Below are positions 55,173 through 64,000 of a stretch of 64,000 nt of DNA, piece after piece. The notes beneath the pieces were generated by a model, which was not told the DNA's origin, did no database searches, and saw only the letters and a program-made list of their open reading frames with translations. The first letter of the stretch is position 1; every line of letters starts with the position of its first letter. Made by a program: the position numbers and the translations under genes. Location: the NCBI GenBank assembly GCA_951406725.2, contig OX597830.1, forward strand, positions 72,850,001 through 72,914,000, given 5' to 3'. This DNA comes from Octopus vulgaris (Eukaryota).

Positions 55173-55325
55173 CCCTTCGAAAGATTCTTCTGATTTGAGG
55201 AGGCTTGTTGTCACTAAACATCAGGATAAAATACTCGCTAACTAAATTGTCATGTGCTAACGTAATAAAGAAATACTAATAAGTCTATATTTATACATAC
55301 ATACATACATACATACATACATACA

Positions 55326-55357
<32 letters not shown>

Positions 55358-55446
55358 GTAAGAATTTACAAAAGAAAGAAGAGACGAAGACGGTTGTGTA
55401 AACAACAAACAGACGTTTTAGTTTGACGCTCGGGAAGTGAGAAAGT

Positions 55447-55482
55447 CTTTTACGTTTCGAGCCTACGATCTTCGACAGAAAG
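55447..55482 (-). ncRNA. Minimal variant hammerhead motif of family H1 (element ~55358-55530)
   Basis: Minus: CTTT-CTGTCGA-A-GATCgtagGCTC-GAAAC-GTA-AAAG. Core variant CUGUCGA; stem III reduced to palindromic ACGT. Confidence 0.6.
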
Positions 55483-56577
55483 GAACCCAGAAATAAAGAG
55501 GGAGAGAAAACAGAAAAGGCTAGTGATCTATCATGGCGCTCACACAGGAGAGTTGGGAAGAAAGGGAAGTAATAAAGTAGTGGTGATCGCAATACGAAGG
55601 TGCACGTGCGTGTGTATGTGAGAACGTGTTTGTGCGTGTGGAAGGGAGATGGTGACCTTGATGTGTACGTGTGTGCACGTATGTACTTAGTTATAGTTTT
55701 GAGTGCTGTCTGTGTCTGTGTTATAGTTTTGAGTGCTGTCTGTGTTTGCATTTGTTTACAATTGTACATATTGCTAATGCTGTTGTTCAACTCCTAAACC
55801 ATAATTTACATTCTTCTTCTGAATTATAGCGAAGAAAATATATGGCGTTGCACCGATTTTACGCTTTATGACGTGGTGTGATAATGTTCGGCTGTTGAAA
55901 CATCTACTGACTGTGTATGTATGTATGTATGTATGTATGTATGTATGTATGTATGTATGTATGTATGTCTGTCTGTCTGTATGTATGTATGTATGTATGT
56001 ATGTATGTATGTATGCATGTATGTATGCATGTATATATGTATGTATATATTCATGTATGTATGTAGGATTGCATGTGTATATTTGTGCGTATGTGAGCAT
56101 ACACACACATGCTGATACATACATTAAGCTGTCAAGCTGATACGCTCGTATAATCAGTCATCACACAAATATCAATATACATGCATACATACACACGTAT
56201 ACTCCCTCTCTTTTTCACACACGCATACACACATAAATACATGCACAGTCACACATAAACTCACTAACTCAGGAGTTATCGGCGAAATCTAACTCAAATC
56301 ACATCTTACCATCTTAAATGATAAAACCGTAGATTAGGCAGTTCTAGATTTAGAGATAAATGTGCAAAAGTGTGAAGGTGCTAGCCGCACTAAATAGCCA
56401 CTCGTGTTTGTTATGTTTAACGGAATATTGAATTCATATCCTCACTCGGAATCGAGTTGCAGCCATCGCTTATGTATGTATGTATGTATGTAGTCATGTA
56501 TGCATCCTGGTGTGAGTGCGTATGTGTTTGTGTGTGTGTGTTTTACTCTTTCTCGTTTTAATACAGAATATAGTTTG

Positions 56578-56890
56578 ACCGCTGCATGCTTTTAGTGGTC
56601 AGAGCGTCGGGTTCACAATCATGAGGAACACAACATGCAATCATGAGGCTGTATGTTGTGTTCTTGTGCAAGAAACTTTATTTCACACAGCTGTTGATAT
56701 GAGTTGCGACGTCACTGGTGCCAAACCTTATAGGCCTTTGCATTTCCCTTTCATAACATCAGTGGCCTGGAGAGGGGAAGCTGGGCGACTGCTGATCTAC
56801 CATAAACAACAAACTTGTCTGGACTTGTGCCTCAGAGGGTAACTTTCTCGGTGCAATCCTATTTTCATTCATGACCAAAGGGAGCCTTTT
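56578..56890 (+). mobile_element. SINE family E, diverged
   Basis: GCGACGTCACTGGTGCCAA..GACTTGTGCCTC..GGGTAACTTTCT matches the reverse complement of 16990-17170. Confidence 0.75.
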
Positions 56891-57418
56891 TTACTTTTTA
56901 TTTTGACCGGTCACCTATTTCGTAGGAAGGTTGTGAAAGAAACCACCTTTTACTCTTCGTCATCCATTAAATCTTAAGAACGTGTAGCTGATTTTTCACT
57001 GACTTAGGCATTGAGATTATTTGTAGTGCATGAATTAAGGATTTGCGTTCTTTCCCCAAGAACCAAAGTTCGGCCGATAATATCTGCCTGCTTTCACTTT
57101 GTATAAGTATGTTCATGTGTAATGTGCCCCAAGTTTCAGTTTTTTTTAATGAATTCATGCAAGAATATGTGTGTGTGTGTGTGTATTTGTGTGTTTGTAT
57201 GTGTGTTTGTGTATGTGTGTATGTGTGTGTGTTTTTTTTTTGTCATTAGACTTCAGCAATCAAGCACGGCTGCGTCTATACATACGCACACATATAAAAT
57301 GTATATGTATCTATGTATCAAGATATGAGTGTGTTGGAAATGGGTGTTATAAATTAGTAACAATTAGGTGGATTTTCTTGTTGTTGCTATAGAAAAAAGA
57401 AAAAAATATATATATTGC

Positions 57419-57897
57419 TTAATCCTTTAGTATTCAGATTATTCTTTCAACTATAAGACATATTCTTTCAAAATATTTTTGAGTTAATCATGCATTATCT
57501 CAAAGCTTCGAGATTGCAATGATGTGATTATATATGATTTTAATGACAATCCCAGGTAGGTCTGAGAGGACAAATCTGGCCAGTTTAAAAGGCGGCGAGC
57601 AGGCAGACACGTTAGCGCGCCGAGCGAAATGCTTACCACTATATCGTCTGTCGTTACGTTCTGGGTTCAAATTCCGCCGAGGTCGACTTTGCCTTTCATC
57701 CTTTCGGGGTCGATAAATTAAGTACCAGTATCGCACTTGGGTCGATGTAATCGACTTGATCCCTTTGTCTGTCCTTGTTTGTCCTCTCTATGTTTAGCCC
57801 CTTATGGGCAATAAAGAAAAGAAATCAGGCCAGTTTAAATATAGAACAGGTACAATATTTTGGACAAGGTATGGCCGGTTTAAATACTGAAGGGATC
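57419..57897. mobile_element. piggyBac-type MITE remnant interrupted by a SINE-A
   Basis: Ends TTAATCCTTTAGTATT and AATACTGAAGGGAT are imperfect inverted repeats; TTAA at the left end. Confidence 0.55.
57590..57821 (+). mobile_element. SINE family A, full length, 18-bp TSD
   Basis: AAATC(T/A)GGCCAGTTTAAA at 57572-57589 and 57822-57839. Confidence 0.93.
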
Positions 57898-58519
57898 GAG
57901 AGAGTAATTACGTATCGAAGTCATATGGCCTAGTGTTTTCGCAACTGGAGTCTCTATATAGACTTCTGTGTTTTATTCCTGTTGGAAACTTATATTCCGT
58001 CCTTAGAAGATACATATTATTACAGGATGTTCCCGTTCCATAAGCTGTGAAAATTATGCATTTAGTTTACAACAATTTCCAGTTAGCTTCGTTTAGCGCG
58101 ACATTTTGATACGAGCTAAAATCTTCAAGCATGAAGAGTGATACGTCTAGCAGTGGACAGCTATATACTATCTTTAACATTTATCTGTTTTTCATTGTGA
58201 GATTAAAAATAAATTATTGTAAGTTTAGCTTGTATCTTTATACACACAATATATATTTATATCTCGGTGAAATGAATGTATGCAAACAAAATTAAACTAT
58301 TAAATTGATACAAAAGTATGTAAGAAGTTGTAAAGTGTCAAATGTGATGGTTATATATTTTAGCAATATTAAATAGACAATAGTATCACATGATAACAAG
58401 TGTCTGGAGAGAAAAACGTAGTTGAATGCTTGTTCAAGCAAAAACATGATTTTATTGTATTGGACGTCTGATTAGTGTTTACATAGTGTGGGAGGAATCG
58501 AATGTATGTATGCTCGTTG

Positions 58520-59095
<576 letters not shown>

Positions 59096-60356
59096 CCATG
59101 TGTGTATGACTATATAGTTGAGGGTTCTTATTTATGAATTTTTTTTATTCTGAATAGTTTGCTTTTTAAACGTTTTAAGACGAAACATTTTACTGCTTTA
59201 GAAATAAATTCATAAATGTTATTGAAATTATTGATTTTTCAATTATATTAAGTTCATACAGAATACATTGTTTAAGTTTGGATAAATAGAAACACACACA
59301 ACCATATATGTATATAGAAATATTGAAACAAATATATCATGTGTATATAGTGTATGTGAGTGTATGTATGTGTGAGAGTATATGCGGTTGAATGTCTTTG
59401 CATATGTGTGATTATATGTATGTTTTTATCTATCTATCTATATGTCTGTCTGTATGTATGCATGTATGGATGGATGTATATATATACATACATACATACA
59501 TACATACATACATACATACATACAAAAAAGCATAAACATACACAGACACGCATACCAGGTGGTCCGTTACCAGAGCTGACCGAATGTCTGATGGAATTCT
59601 TTTTGATGTTTCTTCCGGCTCTCTGTAATGTGTGCCCCAATCCAGCTGAGGTCCACTTTCTTTCTTTCAACGTTTCAGAGAAAAAAAATAACCAAACACC
59701 ATGCCATCGCCGTTGGGAGCCCTGTCTCTCTCTCTCTTATTAGCATATTATTATGATCACCACTGAGCGAAGGCTGAAAGTTTGGAGCAGGTGTCTGCGT
59801 CAGCTTGATGTTCGCATGAGCATCTGAAACCATTAGCGCAGTAAGAGAAAGTGATTCTTCGATAGTTGCTACCTAGAATGAAGCCGTAGTCACACACTCA
59901 CACACACACACACACACCTGATGACTAAAAACATACAATTAATCCATTAGACATTTTCTTTTTCTGGCAACAGCCATCTGTGAAGTGTTTGAACCTCCCC
60001 TATAGGCATATTAATATACAAACACTCATACATAGCAATTCGTGTCCACTCTTGACCACTTCTCTATATTTCCCACACTTAAGGACCAACGTCATGGATT
60101 TGAGTATGTTCTCAATATGCAAACTGTTACATTTACCGTTTTCTGTTTTAGCTGATTGCTTTATTACTCTTTTGTGAGATAAATAGAAAGGGGGGAATAA
60201 GGGAAGAAAGAAACAAATGCCATTATATTACATATTTCCTATTTAGTATGATGAATAATATGGTCATACAGTTCTATATTTAAGAGATGAGGAATTATGT
60301 ACGTTCTTTACATTATTTACATTTGTCGGATATTTGTCCTCATCTTGTTAGTTTTT

Positions 60357-60402
60357 AACACAACGTTTCGACTGATATACCCTCCAGCCTTCTTCAGGTG
60401 TC
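60357..60402 (-). ncRNA. Minimal type-I hammerhead ribozyme
   Basis: Minus: GACAC-CTGAAGA-A-GGCTG..CAGTC-GAAAC-GTT-GTGTT. 5-bp stem I, 5-bp stem II, palindromic AACGTT stem III. Confidence 0.78.
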
Positions 60403-60449
60403 TTAGGAAAATTTCGAACCCGGGTTCTCATTCCTAAGGTATTTTTCGA

Positions 60450-60489
<40 letters not shown>

Positions 60490-60570
60490 AATGTTGTTGT
60501 TGTTGTTGTTATTATTATTATTATGATTATTATTATTATTATTATTATTATTATCCAGGTCACTACCGAA

Positions 60571-60620
60571 GGACATATGTCATAGTGGTTAAGAGCGCAG
60601 GCTACTAACCCCAAGATTCT
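60571..60620 (+). mobile_element. 5' half of a tRNA-like SINE head
   Basis: TGTCATAGTGGTTAAGAGCGCAGGCTACTAACCCCAAGATTC: A-box and D-arm pattern, truncated before the B box. Confidence 0.6.
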
Positions 60621-60869
60621 CGTCTTCCCGATTAAGCATAAATACTCTTATCGGGTAAAATCGCGACGTTACTTTGTTCTGACTTCCTAATAGAATTTTC
60701 TTGACAGAAGTATTGGATTGATTTGTAATTGCCTTTCTCATTTGGATGACCGTTGGCCCACAAGGACTTCATCTGCAATTCGACGGGTCTTGTTTTCAAT
60801 CCTGCGGTGTGTCCAGCCACCATCCTCACAAGAGAGAAATACAGCTACCTTGTTAGGAAGATAGTTTAG

Positions 60870-61297
60870 AGGCATAGGAGTGGCCATAGGCGTAGTAAGT
60901 AGCTTGCTTACGAATCACATGGTTCCGGGTTCAGTCCCACTGCGTGGCACCTTGAGAAAGTGTTTCTACTATAGAATGGGGCCGACCGAAGCCTTGTGAG
61001 TGTATTTGATAGACGGAAACTGAAAGACGCCCGTCGTATATATGTATATATATATATATGTATGTATGTGTGTATGTATATGCTTGTGTGTCTGTGTTCC
61101 CCCTCCCCACCAACGTCGCTTGACAACCGATGCTGGTGTATTTACGTCCCCGTAACATAGCGATTCGGCAAAAGAGACCGATAGAATAAGCACTAGGCTT
61201 ACAAAGAATAAGTCCTAGGGGTCGATATTTGCTCGACTAAAGGCGGTGCTCCAGCATGGCCACAATCAAATAACTGAAACAAGTAAAAGAGTAAAAG
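60870..61297 (+). mobile_element. SINE family B, full length
   Basis: Head GGCATAGGAGTGGC..GGTTCAGTCCC through the tail AAGTAAAAGAGTAAAAG. Confidence 0.92.
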
Positions 61298-61875
61298 TGT
61301 ATACGCATATATGTACACACACACACACTCACACACGCACATGTATATATGTATGCAGGTGGGAAATGAAGCACGCGAGTATGATGTGCAACCGCCTGCG
61401 TGTGTGTGTGTGTGCGTGTGTGTATGTGTGTGTGTACAAGTGTGTAAGTGTAGTAATCATTTTGTGTGTCCTTATTTATGAAGATGTCCATATTAATGTC
61501 ATATTGAATACAATCGTCTCTAGTTGTGTGAATATCAATGTATCTAAGTGTCTAGACAAACATTAGCAGCACAACCAATGAAAGTATTATGAATTTATCC
61601 ATTTATTTCCAGCCTCTTTATTGCATGAATTTTTTCTTCTGTCTTCATTGTGAGTTTTTTTTTATATACACACACATATACATACATATAGATATATATA
61701 TATATACACACAAACATATATGTATATGTGTGTGTGTATATATATATATATACATAGAGGGAGAGAAAAAGATAGAGAAAGACATAAAATAGTGAATATC
61801 AAATATAAATTTTACATAGAGAGTAGGTGTTAAAAATAATATAATAATAAAAAAATTGATAATAATAATGATGAT

Positions 61876-61911
<36 letters not shown>

Positions 61912-61918
61912 AATGATG

Positions 61919-62006
<88 letters not shown>

Positions 62007-62345
62007 TAATAGCAATGGCGATGATAATAAATATAATAATAATAATGATAATACTAATAATGAGGAGGAGGAGGAGGAGGAGGAGGAGGACGGGGAGGAA
62101 GAAGACATGGAAGAGAAGGACAAGAAGGAGGACGATGAGGAGTGGAAGGATGAAGGGGAGTAGGAGAAAAAGAAAAGAAAAGAAGAAATTTATTTAATAG
62201 CTTTGATAATGATACTAATAAAAATTATGGGCGAATAAATGTGCTACCATCGATGTTTTTACATGATTGCATCGCTCTATATATATCTATATGTATGTAT
62301 ATGTTGATACATCTATGTATATACATATATATATCTATATGTATG

Positions 62346-62413
<68 letters not shown>

Positions 62414-62549
62414 CATATAAACATACATACATGCATATATACATATATATAAATGATGCGTCCTTGCTTTTTCCTGTCCCTCTTTGTATCTGTTGAGATG
62501 GTTTATTGTCGTCTGTTACGTTTTTCTTCCATTGTTGGTATTCATATGT

Positions 62550-62631
<82 letters not shown>

Positions 62632-62748
62632 ACAGTTAATAGTGTCATTGAGACCGAAAGGTGTCAGGTAATGCTGAATATGTGCTATAGACAGACCATA
62701 GTTAAGTTCTAGATTCGGTAATATTGCGAATAAAGGGTTCAACGTTGG

Positions 62749-62774
62749 TTGTTTTTTATCTTATTACGCAAAAA

Positions 62775-62806
<32 letters not shown>

Positions 62807-63052
62807 CATACTTATATATATATATATATATATAGAAGGTCTTACGGCTGTTTCTAGGATATATATTAATAATATCCCTAACTATGAACTTTCCTCTCAT
62901 ACCATCTCCGATGAAGGGATATTAATAAATATCATAGAAACAGCTGTAAGACCTTCTATCTATAAATGCTCTTATATCTATACAGCCTTGTTTTTTTATC
63001 TTATTACGCAAAAAAAATTATTATTATTATTATATATATATACACATACTTA
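62749..63052. mobile_element. Penelope-like module: inverted arms, variant hammerhead, ~65-bp flanking direct repeat
   Basis: Arms 62832-62879 and 62915-62959; TCT-CCGATGA..GATATT/AATATC..GAAAC-AGCT-GTA-AGA at 62905-62951; direct repeat 62749-62814 and 62988-63052. Confidence 0.7.
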
Positions 63053-63384
63053 CTTGTATTTTTTTAAATGCACCATAAATGTTCAATATTAATGAAATCT
63101 GGAGACTGGAGTGGCCAGATAAGAATGTTCAACTTCACTAGAATGTTCTTCGTGCCATTCAGTCAGAAGTTCTGATAACCATGTCTGGGTTCTCCTGGTG
63201 CATGGTGAAGGAGGAAGAGGAAGAAGGAGGAGGAGGATAGTGATGCTGATGATGATCAAAATGTCGATGATGTCAACGGAATGATGACGACGATGGTGAC
63301 AATATTAACAAAGATATAGATATTGTCATTGGTATTAACGACGAACATGATAATCTGTTTTGATAATGAAGGAAATGTTAACTG

Positions 63385-63430
<46 letters not shown>

Positions 63431-63480
63431 AACGACAAATGAGAGCGTTAAGAAACATACAGACATGTTGAGGGCTGTAT

Positions 63481-63700
63481 ACTCTTTACTCTTTTACTTG
63501 TTTCAGTCATGTGACTGTGGCTATGCTGCAGCACCGCCTTTAGTCGACCAAATCGACCCCGGGACTTATTCTTTGTAAGTCTAGTACTTATTCTATCGGT
63601 CTCTGTTTGCCGAACCACAAAGTTACGGGGACGTAAACACAACAGCATCAGTTGTGAAGCGATGTTGGGGGGACAAACACATACATACAAGCACACACAC
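63481..63700 (-). mobile_element. SINE family B, 3' half
   Basis: Colinear with 9444-9670. Confidence 0.88.
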
Positions 63701-63707
63701 ACGCGTC

Positions 63708-63747
<40 letters not shown>

Positions 63748-64000
63748 TGAAGACGACAGATATATAGATAGATAGATAAATGGATAGATCAATAAACAGA
63801 CAGAGAGAGGCAGAGAGACAGATAGATAAGGTGGGAGAGAGAGAGAGACGTACATGCAGAGATCGAAATATACTGACAGTTATATTTATTGAAAGACTGC
63901 TTGTCTGATAGGTAGATACTTACATCTTGAAAAGCAATCTAAATAAATAGATTGCTAATTAGGTAGTTAGATTAGTTATAGCAAGATAAAATGGCCGATA

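Noticed and set aside
55686-55750. 30-bp tandem duplication giving TQTQTALKTI twice
   Set aside because: Simple local slippage in non-coding sequence.
59760-59885. Minus-strand exon candidate
   Set aside because: Acceptor is plausible, but there is no recognisable product or strong donor.

Overview
AT-rich, microsatellite-saturated animal DNA that looks intronic or intergenic. The repeat repertoire and the 5S sequence suggest an octopod cephalopod (my recognition, not a database result). I found no host protein-coding exon I can support; nearly all listed ORFs are translations of (TA)n, (CA)n, (TACA)n, (TAA)n or (GAA)n tracts. Contents: many copies of three tRNA-derived SINE families (here A, B, E); a (TAA)n-associated retroposon (family D); decayed non-LTR fragments (RLE/R4-Dong-like, RTE, Penelope-like RT); two non-autonomous Helitrons; and mariner, pogo, hAT and piggyBac-type MITEs. 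The main signals are four. (1) At least seven sequence-distinct type-I hammerhead ribozyme motifs sit in Penelope-like, microsatellite-embedded modules, the best being a near-perfect 490-bp palindrome (17902-18391) with one hammerhead on each strand around a central CRE/TATA pair. (2) A full-length 5S rRNA copy is fused to a SINE 3' tail. (3) SINE-A multimers share one recurrent junction, suggesting self-targeting. (4) One SINE-B copy is an interleaved mosaic of both orientations between (TA)n tracts. All coordinates were read by eye and may be off by a few bases.
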